From Eledone cirrhosa (taxonomy: Eukaryota), in NCBI GenBank assembly GCA_964016885.1, contig OZ024740.1, forward strand, positions 143,902,001 through 143,966,000: a stretch of DNA of 64,000 nucleotides. The letters are read 5' to 3'. Shown piece after piece: positions 11,485-36,087 of this stretch. Under the pieces are notes generated by a model. The model did no database searches. It was not told the origin of the DNA and was given only the letters and a program-made list of their open reading frames with translations. The position numbers and the translations under genes are program-made. Each line of letters opens with the position of its first letter. Positions within the stretch are counted from its first letter, which is position 1.

Positions 11485-14400
11485 AAAAGGTAAACAAAAA
11501 TAACAACACGGTACAGTATATGGAAGTGATATTTTAGGTTAACGCTTGATATAGCAGGAAGAGGGTCTTAACATTTCGGACGCTAGTTCTTCAGAAGAAA
11601 TAATGAGAAATAAAATAGATTGAGGCGACAGGCGGGATGGAATTGAAAAAAATGTCTTTATATAAAAATAACAGGTCCATTCATGTTGACATCTCTTGTA
11701 AAACTGTTGGTGCTGGCGTTTTGTGTATGATTTGTTTTTTAGAAAAGTGGATGATGGAGCGCGCCTACCTGAAATGGAAAAAACACGTTTTGTAAAAAGA
11801 GCTATACTTGAGCACGTGTGTAAGCATGAGTGTGTGTGTTATTATAGGTCCGTACGAAGCTAAGAAGAAATGTGTGTGTATATGTGAGTAAAAGAGTGTG
11901 TGTGCATGTAAGTACGAAGCTATGAGCAAAAGTATGTTAATATAAGAGTGTGTATGTGTGTATACAGAGCAGTGAAGGGGAAATTGGAGTGAGCATATAT
12001 AGTCATCATGTATTAGTTGTAAGAGAAGCTGCTAATGATCAAGAGAAAGCGATAGGAATCTAGTGGTGTGATAATGGACGAGGTATTAGAGAAATTAGTG
12101 AGGTGAGTTGAGTCCAAGAGGTGAATAGGACCCAAGGCGGTGAATCTGACTTTGTTCAGTCCTGGTGCGCGAGGCCTATGATCCATGATGTAAAAGAACA
12201 CCCAGGACTGAAACATGTAGGGGAAAATGACCAGGAGAACAGAAATGACGGGCGACAGGAGTACCAAAACCGAGTCTGATGTCCCTCAAATGTCCGGCAA
12301 AATGATCCGCCATACGGCGTCCCGTTTGTCCGATATCTAAAGACCCGCAAAGGGAACACTGGAGGGCATAGACAACGTGGGTGGATGTGCAGGTGAAGGA
12401 ATGGCGGATACGGAAAGACCCGTTAGGGCCTGTAAGAGTGGTGAGGGTGGAAATAAGGGGACAAGTGTTGCAGCGGGAACAGGAACAAGGATGAGAGCCG
12501 GGTGGAGTCGTAGGAGAGGACGAAAAGGAACTGCGAACCAGGAGGTCGCGGGCACACTTAAAAGCAGTAATGGGTGGGTTTGGAAAAAAACGAGAAGTGA
12601 CGGGGCCAGAAGAGAGGATACGGAAGGAACGGAGGATATGTCGCCGGAGTGGTAGGGTGATGGGGTGGTAGGTGAGAGAGAAAGGAACATTGATGTTGGG
12701 AGGGCTGTGGTGCGGTCTGTTTCATGGGCGCGGGTGAGAGCAGCTTGGATAAAGGTGGGGGGATATCCACGCTGGATGAAGCAGGAAGCCATGCGAAGGG
12801 AATGGGTTTCGAAACCGTCGTCCTGGCTACAGAGTCGACGAAGACGGAGGAATTGGGAATAAGGTATGGAGTGTTTGGTGTGGGTTGGTTGGGAGGAGGT
12901 GAAGTCGAGATAAGATGGGAGTCTGTTGGTTTAATGAAGATGGAAGTAGAGAGGGTGTGGTGAGAGTGATTAATAGATAGAGAGATATCTAGAAAAGCGA
13001 CAGAAGAATTGGAGACGGAGGCGGTGAAATTGAGAGCAGGATGGAATGATTGGACAAAAGAAAGAAAACAGTCGAGCTGTTCTCGTGATAGGGAGGTGGC
13101 GCCGATACAGTCGTCGATATAACGACCGTATAGCTCAAGAGTCGGTCCAGTATACTGGGATTAGATCTGGGCTTCGATGTAGCCAACAAACAAGTTGGCA
13201 TAGTTTAGACCCATTCCGGTTCCCATCGCTACCCCAGAGACCTGCTGGTAAAATTCACCCGAAAAAGAAAATCCATTAAGGGTGAGAACAAGCTCAGCCA
13301 GACGGAGAAGAGTGGTAGTGCTGGGGTAAGGGGTAGAGCGTAACTCTAAAACATGTTGGAGAGCGCGGAGGCTGTCATCGAGGGATGACGGAAAAGAGAG
13401 AAGTGATGTCCAAAGTAAAGAGAAGGCGGAAGGGACCAGGAGGTAAGGAGAAAGAGTTGAAGAGTCTAAGGGCATGATTTGTATCGTGGATGTGGGAGGG
13501 GAGATTGCCGACCAACGGGGCGAGGATGGTGTCTAAATATTCAGAAATTATCTCGGTGGGGCAGTTGCACGCAGAAACGATAGGACGGCCAGGATTATTT
13601 TGTTTGTGTATTTTGGGAAGGAAGTAGATGGTGGGTGTGCGAGGGGTGCGTACAATAAGGTTGGTGGTTGTGGGGGGTAGGTGAGAGGAGGAGATGAGCT
13701 CGTGGATGGTGGAGGACACGAGTTGCTGGTAGCCAGGAGTGGGGCCGGAGGATAAAGAGCGGTAAAAAGGGTATTGTGAAGCTGGCGGAGAGCCTCAGCC
13801 CTATAAAGGTCAGCGCTCCAAACCGCCACAGCGTCAGCTTTGTCAGCGCGTTTGATGACAATGTCATCGCGACACTGAAGATTCCGAAGAGCGGAGAGCT
13901 CAGTCCACGTGATGTTAGAGCGACGAGAATGCTGGTGAAAACGGAACCGATTCACAGTAAGCCGGCAAGTATTGACAAAGGAGTCGAGGGTGCTGAACTG
14001 GCCAGAGCTCGGCGTCCAATGTGATTGCCGGCGACTGAGACGAGTGAAGTCATCCGTCTGTGTCGATGATGGCGTGTCGTGAAAAAAAGCTTTCAGCTTT
14101 AATCGACGGAAGAACCCTTCAGTCTCAGCACCTGTGCAGAACTCGTAGCAGGTAGGAGCGAGGAGAGAGCGCTCAGCTTCGGAGAGTGATAGGTCCTGGG
14201 GTAGGGTAACTACAGTGCAGGGACGTTAAGGAGTGAAAGAGGCGGAGGGGTCAAGGTAGTTGGGCAAAGCATGTGCAGATTAAGTGGTAGGTGACGGGAT
14301 AGAGGGGTTAGGGTTGGAGGTGATATGAGTATGGGTGGTGACGGCAGGCGGGGGGTGGAGAGAGTCGAGTTTATGATTTTTTACGGAAGTGAGGAAATTG

Positions 14401-14935
14401 AAAAGGAGGCGATTGAGGTAAAGGATGAATTGGATTAGGGATTGGGCGAGGAAAAAGTGGCAAGTGGAGGAGAGATGGAGGTAGGCCTTGGGGAGTTCTC
14501 GGTCGAGAGAACGGATTTGGGTGAGAGTTGATCGAATGGTCGCCCGCATCAGCTGGGGAGAGGAGCGGGTAAGGATAGGCTCAGTGGTGGGAACAGAGTA
14601 AGAGGTGGGGTGAAACTTGAGGCAGAAACCGCGGGGAATGAGGTGGTGGTGGAGACGGCGACTTAAAAATGTGATGTGACTGTTGTATTTTGTTTTGGTG
14701 AAGATGAGGTTGGAGAGATGCAGGGAAGATTGGATGCATATAGGGGGGGGGGGTCGCTTGAGAGTAGAATGGAGCTGGCGGAGAAAAGATTTGAGATTAG
14801 GCATATTGAAGATACTAGGGTGGGAGTGAAAAATAGACGGGTGAGAAGAAGGTGGTGTAAGAAGATTGTAATAGAGAAAAAGTGGTAGAGAGTTGTGGAA
14901 TATTTAAATGCAAGAAGCAAAGACAATTTCAAAGA
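11485..14935 (-). mobile_element. Penelope/Poseidon-like PLE, degenerate (RT plus GIY-YIG)
   Basis: Minus-strand fragments read IVIKRADK, YFLPKIHK...PGRPIVS, FYQQVSGVAMGT, RYIDD and VVYALQCSLCG..DIGQTGR. A degenerate hammerhead motif lies at 11566-11598 (-). Confidence 0.85.
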
Positions 14936-15099
14936 TACGAAATATTTCCTGGTGGAAGTTCAGGTGTACACCGGGTTGGTATCCAGTTTCGAGGTGAAAG
15001 TCCAATCAGAAAATCCAACGAATTGTGAGAGGTCCACGTAAGCGTTGATATATATATATATATATGTTAATGGTAAACAGAAATAACAACACAATCGGT

Positions 15100-21900
<6,801 letters not shown>

Positions 21901-21978
21901 TGAAGATTTAGGCCAGTACATACGTATGCCCCGACGGACATACACATACATAATCACACACAAATACATACACACCCA

Positions 21979-22037
<59 letters not shown>

Positions 22038-22039
22038 AC

Positions 22040-22481
22040 ACACGCACGCACGCGTATGTATAAACCTTATGCATTTCTACAGTATTTTCACCAAACTTAA
22101 GACATAGATTACTTATGTACTCCAGATGGTCATGGGCACTTTCATTTTTCCAGATATTGATTATAGGGCCTCCCGGCAGATAGCCCCCTTTAACCACTTC
22201 CTTGGAGTCGACTGAAGCACTGCAGTGCAATGCAACAGAACGTCATAACTTCTGGAGTTCGCAACCGATTTTCACAAAACTTGACACATGGGGTACGTTT
22301 GTCCTACAGATGAATGTGAACTCTCAGAATTGGCATATATTGAGTAGGGGACCCCTGGGGGGCAGGAACCCCCCTTTTGGAAAAAGCCGATGATTTTGTA
22401 AAAGTATAGTTTTCGAAGTAGCACTGAAGTATTGACACAACTGCTATTTAATACCCGAGCAGCGCCGGGTACCTCTGCTAG
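22040..22481 (+). mobile_element. Non-autonomous Helitron
   Basis: The 3' end acccgagcagcgccgggt hairpin is followed by CTAG|T at 22478-22481 and closely resembles the end of the Helitron at 26834. The 5' boundary inside (CA)n is uncertain. Confidence 0.65.
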
Positions 22482-22484
22482 TAA

Positions 22485-23480
22485 CATATATAATGACACA
22501 ATGCTTACAGGAAGGTCATAAAATCACTTATATCAACACAAGTGGATAAATTCCTTCAGAATGAAAATATAAACAGAGCATATAAATAAATTTACAGTAG
22601 AATAACATAACAGATATGTTTTAAATATATACATAAATAACATTACAAATGCCTCGGTAACACTACAAAGGATGATACAATGAAAGATATATTCCTTCAA
22701 TGCTACAATATTTAAAAAAATGTAAAAGAAGGGGTGAACAACCGAGCCAACACCAGAGCAAAAGACAGCAACATCGCGAGTACTGGGCAACCTCTCTAAT
22801 GATTTTTGAGGCAAGCCAGCACACTCGCAGCGTTGCCTCGGGTGATGGCGAGGCTGATGCGCTGAAACAGCCAAGCACCCTCGCGAGATTCGCCAGTCAC
22901 CTCTATTATGCGAGCCGCCAGTGAGGAAAGGAACCTCAAAGTCAGCGCCCCGACTCCCCCAAACGTCTCAAAAGCCACAGGCTGAAAAATGTAGCTGGCC
23001 GACAGATCAGAGTATTTGAGGGTCTTACTCCGCTCGGCTGCAGAACCTGTGGCTCTCGTCCTAACCGCAGCATCCAGGATGTGGGAAAGTGCAAATGAGT
23101 CACTAACAGTAACGTCCCAGACAAGGCACCTGCCTCTCGACCAGGAGCACAGGGTAAGACCGTCAGGTCTTTTGCCGTCACTTCTGGACAACCCAGATGG
23201 TTCCAAGACTGAGGGGATATTCGCCCGGGCCAAATACCGTGGAGGCCTGTAGAGTCGAGGAGTTTGCTGCATCGGCACCTCAAACCCATGCAGACATCGG
23301 CTCCCACTTTGAGGGCGATGGAGACACGAAGTTCGTCCAGGCTGAGTAGGCCACTAACGTTGGCCACGGGTAGGGCATCAACCCAGTCGCTTGAGTATTT
23401 GGCGCTGGCAGATAGTAAGCGGCATCTTGCAAACTGATCTGACTGGACGAAGAGAGAGTCGAAGGTGGCCTTCGAACTTA
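22485..23480 (-). mobile_element. CRE-like non-LTR retrotransposon 3' fragment (restriction-like endonuclease)
   Basis: ORF 22796-23278 reads EPSGLSRSDGKRPDG...WDVT...PVAFETFG...QRISLAITRGNAA, and a CRC...H knuckle remnant lies upstream. Confidence 0.8.
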
Positions 23481-26270
23481 TGCTGTTTTCAGAATATTGT
23501 TAATTTAACAAAGCTATATTGTAGCGAAATCTGTCCGCGCTTTGAACTTTGGGTGATACCTAAAGGTTAAATCCTAGGTCAACACTCTCTTTGGTGTAGA
23601 CAGGTTGATGTTTTGACTGTCCCTCAAGGTGGGGGACAGGAAGTGACAGCTATATATAGGGCCTGTATCAGGCTATTCTGAACAGAAACATCGAAGCGAT
23701 AGGATATACAACTAACTATGTAAGGATTACTGCTATCAACAGACCCCCGTGATCTATCAACAGACCCCACGAGGCCTACAGATACACACACAGAGATTGG
23801 AACCTCTATTACTACAGACCATCTACAAGCCACGGTAGTTCACAGTTACTACAGACCATTCAGAGATATACGAACCATATCTCATCTCTCTTACTAACAC
23901 GGTCTACTACGACCACCGTCTCCAAATTCCAACAATAGCAACAATTATCTGTAACTCGCTGTTTTAACACCAACACCAATAACAACAACAACAGACTACT
24001 ACAGCCTCACATTAACAACAAAATAATCTTGTTAATCTTAACAACTCTTGGTAACTTTTTATTGTACTTATTGTGGTTAGAAAAAGCTATCTCACTTACC
24101 GCTTTTCATAGGCGCCGCTAAACTCCACTGCAGGTTACTCCTCTTCCACGTGCGTCCAACTGCTTAACACCGGGAGCTGCCAAAAACTCGCGTCCACACC
24201 GTTTGCTGGTCACCACTAGAGAGAGGCCCTCTGCTGGCCCTTCCGGTCGAGCATCCTTCCGGCCAAGCACCCTTCGAGCACTCCCCCGCTTCCGGCCACC
24301 GCACGCCACACCATACCCACACGCCCCCCCCTGATCTCAAGGATCAATTTCCCCCTCGTCCCTCTGCATATGAAAGTCTGCTGTCCAGGTTGGTGGTTTA
24401 CGACTTCGTTGCGATCTCCGTAGTATTGGGGCAGAGCTCTGGGTTTCCACCCCATCTTGGGTTTCCTCTTCCTCGGAGTCCGTCGACACAGTGATTCTTC
24501 TTACATCCAGGACATGACGTGGTACCCCGTCCACGGACAAATTGTTCTTTGAATTTACGGCCGTCACCGTTCCCCTTCCCCATGGAGATGTGCAACGTGC
24601 ATCTGGGGGCTTAACCCAGACTTCTTCGCCCACCTGCACGAATGCACTCTCTCTCCCCACTGGCCGTTGTGGTGGCGTGCACGGGTGCCGCCACTCGTAT
24701 TTGAATACTGCTCTGTGTGGCACCGAGGGGGCATATTGTACCAGAACAATGCCTCCATTGGTGAGATATGGCCCCGCTCCGCCATTGCCTTGATCGTCCG
24801 GTGGTGTCGCTCCACGATTCCATTCCCGCTCGGCCTGTGCGCCGCTCTGAAGAAACGGTCCACCTTCCATCCATCGAGCATCTCTCTCAGTGCTTCCGAG
24901 CGGAACGCTGCGCTGTTGTCCATCAGCAGTTCGTCCACAGGGCCCCGCTCCAAGAACACCTCTCTCAACGTCCGCACGATTTCCTCGGCCGTTCCAGTCC
25001 TCATCTCCCTCCATATCGCCATTCGACCTGGTCCACAGTCGACCATCGAGAGGTACGTTCCCTGCCGGCAGTGCGTCACATCCACCGCTAATCGTTTCCA
25101 GTCGCGATCCACCGGGAGGCTTCCCGTTTCGTGTACACCCGGGGCGGGATCAATGGACTGACATCGGACGCAGTCTCTACCCCCCCCCCCCCGAACACTG
25201 TGTCTGCTAACGTCCGAGTCGATTCTCCTGGCTAGGAACAGGCTCCTATCCACCCCCATGTGGTGCATGTCATGCAACCCCTTCAGATCTGACTCGGTCA
25301 GCCGACACACGGCAGCTATCTCATCCTCTACCTCCTCCGGCGCTTCCATCCAGGCTTTCTTCACTCTAGTTAAGATGTCCGCCCTATTTTTCTCTGAGGG
25401 CACGAAAACTACGCTCAGCCTCAGGTCGAACTCGGTGGCCAGCTCTCCTAACGTTCCCAGGCGGCGCTTTATCAGCATCTCCGCCGCGCCTCTCGTTCGC
25501 ACTCTCTTCTAACTGATCTTACCCATCCGAGTACAGTAGCCGAGTCGGTGCATATCTCGATGGTGCGCAGCCCCCACCGCAGGGCGAGGTTCACCCCTCT
25601 CAACACCGCGTCCAGCTCGGCCACATTGATGTGGTTGCAGTCGTCCTTCTTTCTAAGCCAGGCTACATCCTCGACCTCAACACCTCCTATCTCCAACGTG
25701 ACACCCAGCGCTATGCTGCTGGCATCGCACCATACGGTCCCGCTCTGTGATTTGGGAACATACCAGCGTCTCCGCACTGGGTCGTCGGCCTTCACCCTCC
25801 CCACGATCTCCTGCATCCTCTCTCCCACTCAGTCACTCCTCCCGCTCGTCTCTTGACATAGCTGCATGCCGTCCAGAGCCACCCAGCAATCGGGTAGTGA
25901 CCCACCAGCTTTCCACACACCGAGAAAAGCTCCCGCCTACTCATACTTGGGCCCAGTTCCGGAACTTCGTTTCCCCTCTGGAATACCAAAACGCCCGTCC
26001 TGTCTCGCCGTAGCCTAAGTCCCAGCGCGGCTCCTCCCTCCAATGCTTCTGACGACTTCGCAGTCAGTCCATACCCCCGTAAATGGCTCGTGACCTCCGC
26101 CGCCGACACCACCGACTCGTCCACTAGGATGTCGTCAATATAGGAGTTAGTAGCCCTCTTTATCTTGTCGGCCTTCCCCAGAGCGGTCTTGAGGACCGCC
26201 GCCATGATCTTCGGTGTGGAGCTCAGCCCGAAACCGAGCCTGGTCAGGCAATATGTCCGGCCCTTATACC
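23481..26270 (-). mobile_element. Divergent GC-rich Gypsy-like LTR retrotransposon, 5'-truncated (RT, RH, INT, PPT, 3' LTR ~24321-23481)
   Basis: Motifs YCLTRLGFGL, SYIDDILV, WCDAS...HINVAEL...TDS, HHMG...CVRC, AVDVTH, MDNS and GNGIVERHH. A G-run PPT at 24322-24331 is followed by TGT, and a CA end at 23481 is plausible. Confidence 0.8.
23520..24122 (+). mobile_element. Probable solo LTR (TGTAGCG...CGCTAAA) inside the 3' LTR of the second Gypsy
   Basis: It has imperfect inverted termini, a TATA-like tatatatagg at 23651 and composition shifts at its borders. No clear TSD is visible. Confidence 0.5.
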
Positions 26271-26536
26271 TGCCTATTCTCTACATTCCTTACATCAAAC
26301 TAAAATATGTTGACAATCTTTTAATAACGTCTTCCTTGTGAAATCTGTGGTCTTGTTTTGCTTAACTAATGAATATTTCCAGCTATGTGCACCTAACCTC
26401 TGCATGAACCCAGCCACCTAGCTGCCTTCCACTGCATATTGCACATTGAGCACATGCCTTTATGCCTTGGCTTCTAACTAATTCACCAATCTCTCTTCTC
26501 CTATCTCTCTCTTTAAGATTGGTTACTCTTGAGCTT

Positions 26537-26640
<104 letters not shown>

Positions 26641-26649
26641 CACATATAT

Positions 26650-31398
<4,749 letters not shown>

Positions 31399-31400
31399 CA

Positions 31401-32376
31401 TAATTGGAGAAAGCTAAATGCGATACTCCGGCCAAATTCCAACTCACTCAACAAACATTAGGAAATACCTGAGTATATTCCCAATTAAACGTTTGGGGTG
31501 CTAACTATATTGTATTGTGTGGATAATTGGCTGTATTATTTCGTATGAGATATATCAAATATATCATTTCCCAAACGACTCGTTTCATTATAAGATTTCT
31601 ACAAGTTGGGTAAAATTATACCAATTTATGTAGAAGCTTGTATAAGATCAACAGATAATTATTCAAGTGGGCACTTATAAATCTTCAGTGGGTGCCCAAT
31701 AACATTAATATTGATAACCAAATCAACATCAATATTTAGCGATAAGCACCATCAGTGCTTGGGGGGACTGCTAGGTTGTTAGTCCAGCAGTTCTAAAGAA
31801 GTTCTCACACTGTCCCGAAAATGGGAGGAAGGAGGCTACCGCCAAAAACAATACATGCGCAGGTCGTTGAACTCTGACAAGAATTCAAGCCACGTGCTAA
31901 GAACTCCATTGGATGTCAAAAAATAACCATATGTGCGCATTGCTTTATGACACATAGATATTTTCTTGGGCAAAATACAGAATAAGATACAAGAACAAAC
32001 AATCAATATTCATATAAAAAATAAACAAAGAGGGTCCTTATATCGGGAAAGTTCATATCTATTGCTCCAAGAGTAAATATATAAATACATAATCGGAGAA
32101 AACTAAAAGCGATACTCTGGCTAAATTCCAACTCACTCAACAAACATTAGGAAATACCTGAGTATATTCCCAATTAAACATTTGGGGTGCTAACTATATT
32201 GTATTGTGTGGATAATTGGCTGTATTATTTCATATGAGATATATCAAATATATCATTTCCCAAACGACTCGTTTCATTATAAGATTTCTACAAGTTGGGT
32301 AAAATTATGTAGAAGCTTGTATAAGATCAACAGATAATTATTCAAGTGGGCTCTTATAAATATTCAGTGGGTGCCC
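31401..32376 (-). mobile_element. Non-coding partial-tandem element (unit ~690 bp plus a ~290-bp repeat), retrozyme/PLE-derivative-like; diverged copy at ~32750-33247
   Basis: 31401-31697 is repeated at 32090-32376 and the element is flanked by (TA)n. The repeat carries ctgttga-[long hairpin]-GAAAC-ga-GTC on the minus strand. Confidence 0.6.
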
Positions 32377-32403
32377 ATATATATATATATATATATATAT
32401 ATA

Positions 32404-32736
32404 TCATCATCATCATTTTACGTCCGCTTTTCCTTGCTTGCAAGGGTGGGACGGGAACAGATTCTGGCTTGATTTCTACAGCTGGATGCCCTTCCTAACA
32501 CCAACTGCATTTACAGTGAGTGCTGGGTGCTTTTTTGCCGTGGCACCTCCACGACCACTTTGCAGTGGAATGATATGGACCCCAGTCCCTATCATCTCAT
32601 TTCTACAGCTGAGTAAACTGGAGCAATGTGAAATAAAGTGTCTTGCTCAAGGAAACAACACATCACCCAGTCTGAGAATTGAACTCACAACCTTTCGATT
32701 GCAAGGCCAATGCTCTAACCACTAAGCCATGTGCCA
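32404..32736 (-). mobile_element. tRNA-derived SINE with a CORE-like body and an RTE-derived 3' tail
   Basis: Minus strand has A box TGGCTTAGTGG, B box GAGTTCAATTC and ccttgagcaagacact. The tail gttaggaagggcatccagctgtagaaa...ggacgtaaaatgatgatg is shared with the RTE copies. Confidence 0.85.
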
Positions 32737-33243
32737 TATATATATATACCTAATACATTAACAGAGAAAGCTTTAAGCCATACTCCGACCGACATCCATC
32801 TCACTCAACAAACATTAGGATATACCTGAGTATAATCCTAATTATATGTTTGGGGTGCTAACTATATTGTATTTTGCAGATAGCCGGCTGTATTATTTTA
32901 TATGAGACATAATTAAATACATTGCTCCTTCCAAACGATCGTTTCGTTATAAGTTTTCTACAAATCGGGAAAATAATGTCCAGGTTATGTAGAAGCCTGC
33001 ATATAGTCCATAGGTATACATGCAGGTGGGCACTTATAACTCATCAGTGGATGCCCAGCAATATCAATATAAAATACCATACTGATATTAATATTCAGTG
33101 CTAGAATGACCGCCAAATTTGAAATTCCAGCAAAAAGAAATTTCACACTGTTCCCAAACGGGAAGGAGAGGTCATCGTAAAACACAAAATAATATATACG
33201 CAGGTCAATTAATTCTGTCATGAATTTTAACCACGCGTGTAGA

Positions 33244-33326
<83 letters not shown>

Positions 33327-33509
33327 CATATACATATATACATACATACATATATACATATATACATACATACATATATACATACATATATATATATACA
33401 CACATATATATACATATATTTATATATATATATATATATACATACACACATATATACATATATATACATACATATATACATACATATATACATACATACA
33501 TATATAAGC

Positions 33510-34125
33510 AAAGGAATGAATGAATGAAGGAGTTACAAGCCGTTTAAAACAAGTTCTTTATATAGCTCTTACACATGTTTCGCCCAGATAGGCTCTTCGG
33601 AGAGATAATAGTTTGATATGGTGACATCAGTAAGTACAGATACCGTTGAGAATGTTTTACCTCAACTTCACATCGCCTTGCATTATACTCGAAAAAATGT
33701 AAACAGTGGTGTTGGTGAAAGGGGCATAATCCACTAAGGGAGGTAATTATACGGTGTTAGGCTGCAGATTCCCTTAAATTTAGTTTAACCTATCCTAGCC
33801 AGTGGGAAGGTTTAGCAGGTTTGCCAGTTCTGCTTAATGGAATTATACTATATAGTGAAAGCACCCCAGGAACTCATTAATAGTCGGGCTGAAACGATCA
33901 TTAATTGCGGCCACAGATTGCAGCACTCTTTCCACAGGTGGTCTCCAGAACCGGAATAACATCATATCCCCACAGCTTTCTGCATCACACCTCAATTTAG
34001 TTCAGCTGCAATAGGTATGCCATGGTGCAGTGTCTTATGACACTATCAACCAACCATCAGAGTTCTACCATGGCACTGCACACCACCTACTGATTTAGAC
34101 TCACCCTGCTAAACCTTCCCCCTCT
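33510..34125 (-). mobile_element. Penelope-like 3' remnant with a hammerhead motif at 33566-33604
   Basis: ctct-CCGAAGA-GCC-tatctg-GGC-GAAA-catgtg-TA-agag forms all three stems, with a U4C change in the core. Confidence 0.55.
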
Positions 34126-34127
34126 CC

Positions 34128-35365
34128 ATCGGTCCTTCATCATCTTTTCTGTGAGTTTCAGCGATCTGAGGCCTGCTCTCACCACCTCCGCCCATGTTTT
34201 CGTGGTTTTCCTCTACTGTGTCTTTCTTCTACTGGGATTTCTTGACACTTCCTTACCCAGCGGTCATCCTCTAAGCGCATCACATGTCCATACCATCGCA
34301 GTCTTCTCTCCCACACACTACAACTTATCCCTCTTATACACAGTTTCTCTCTCAACTCATCTATGCTTGGTCGTTCACGCACATTCCACATCCAACAGAG
34401 CTTCATTTCTCTCCAGCCATCGCATATCCTCTGCAGTTGCTGCCCATGTCTCACTACCATGCAGCATCGCACATCTCGCACAGGCATCATATAATCAGCC
34501 TTTCTTACACAGGGAGAAACCCTTCTTTGTCAACAGGGGAAGCAGCTCCCTAAACTTCTTCCAACCGGTCCTTATTCTAGATACTATGGCCTTGGAACAC
34601 CCCCTCCCACGCTAATCTGATCACCTAGGTACCGGAAGCTATCAACCACTTCTATAGAACCCACCTGCATTTGAAAAATGTGTCTATCACTGCAGCTTCT
34701 ACTGTCTAATTTCCCTGTACATCTACTGTATACGTATTTCTCCCTACCTGTTAGTTTGCCTGCTATCCCACTACATCTCTTGTGTACCCAAGATCTGCAT
34801 TGTGTACATTTTATAGAATTTATGCCAGTTACTTTTCTACATATTGAACATGGCCATTTCCCTGGTGGAATCAGAGTTTTGTCCTCTTTTCTACTCATCA
34901 ACACTTCTGTCTTAGCTAGGTTCACTCTCAGTCCTCTTGATTCCAACTGCTGTTTCCATAGCCAGAATTTATTCTCTAGCTCCTCTACTGATTCAGCTAT
35001 AAGAACCAGATCGTCAGCATAGAGAAGTTCCCATGGGCAGCCAGTCTTTGGAGGACTATAATGAACAAGAGCGGGCTGAGGACCGAACCCTGATGTACCC
35101 CTACTTGTATCTGGAATTCCTCACTAAACTGCATTCCTACTCTCACTTTACTGACAGCACCTCTGTACATAGCTTGCACTGTCCTCACAACCATTTTTCT
35201 ACACCTAGTTTCCTTAGGGACCACCAGATGACAGATCCGGAGTACCCTAGCAAAGGCCTCCTCTAGGTCAACAAAGGCTAAGTATAGTGGCTTATTCTTC
35301 TCTAAGAACCTCTCTTGTAGTTGTCTCACTAAGAAGAGGTCATCTGTTGTACATTTCCCAGGCAC
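34128..35365 (-). mobile_element. RTE LINE fragment
   Basis: ORFs 34997-35365, 34584-34946 and 34179-34490 contain FVDLEEAF, QGSVLSP, the PHD-like finger and FRYLG. Confidence 0.88.
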
Positions 35366-35390
35366 ATACTTATATATATATATACATACA

Positions 35391-35942
35391 TGGTGGCTGC
35401 CAACTCGTTTTCGAGTACGGCCACTACTTTATATCCATGTAGGAGAACCCCTACCGATGCGCTGAACGACTGACTTTTTAGTCCAGCCAGCGACTTGAAA
35501 ACTCTGGTACAAACACTACACTTGTGACAATTATTGACACATAGTGCTGGGCCCATGGTACCATGTGACGACAAATGCAGAGAGATCTCCAGATATAAAG
35601 CAATGCCTGTGCCGTGAAGCTTTTATAGTGAGCAAAGGCACTGCACAAAGCCAGTCCCACTCTCTTAACCAAGATGATATTTACCAAAAAGAAGAACAAG
35701 TCAACATCATTGGATATCATCAGGGTTGCAGGTGTTATATCAGAGTTTTCCTTCTCCTAGAATTCTACCTTGACTAAGGCTAAGGGGTCATCTCTCCCGG
35801 TGATTTTGGATGGCCATTGACTCTTAAGAGCTCCTTTGACCTTTGACAGGTTTTGTTTTTAGTCCTGCAGGATGTCCAAAGTCACCCTCCTCACCAAGAA
35901 ACCTTGGTGGGGTTGCCAGTTTAGTCGCCAACGACCCGACCA
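35391..35942 (-). mobile_element. Non-autonomous RTE-type derivative (5' UTR-like part fused to a 3' end with a C2H2-type remnant), copy 1 of 3
   Basis: It is nearly identical to 44036-44612 and 63220-63820. The minus strand encodes [16 protein letters not shown] and ends in a (TATG)n-like tail. Confidence 0.7.
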
Positions 35943-35970
35943 TATACATACATATATATATACATACATA

Positions 35971-36001
<31 letters not shown>

Positions 36002-36087
36002 ACACATACATATATATACATACATATACGTATATACATACATATGTATATACATATATATATATACATACATATACGTATATACAT

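Noticed and set aside
14960-15050. Possible hammerhead at the 5' end of the Penelope relic (ctgattgg...gaaac)
   Set aside because: The core is not CUGANGA and stems I and II do not pair convincingly.
26271-26535. Unassigned segment between the Gypsy truncation and the TA tract
   Set aside because: No recognisable motif or second copy in the window, so it cannot be called.
32660-32736. tRNA gene
   Set aside because: It has A and B boxes but continues into a SINE body and RTE tail, and no full cloverleaf is evident.
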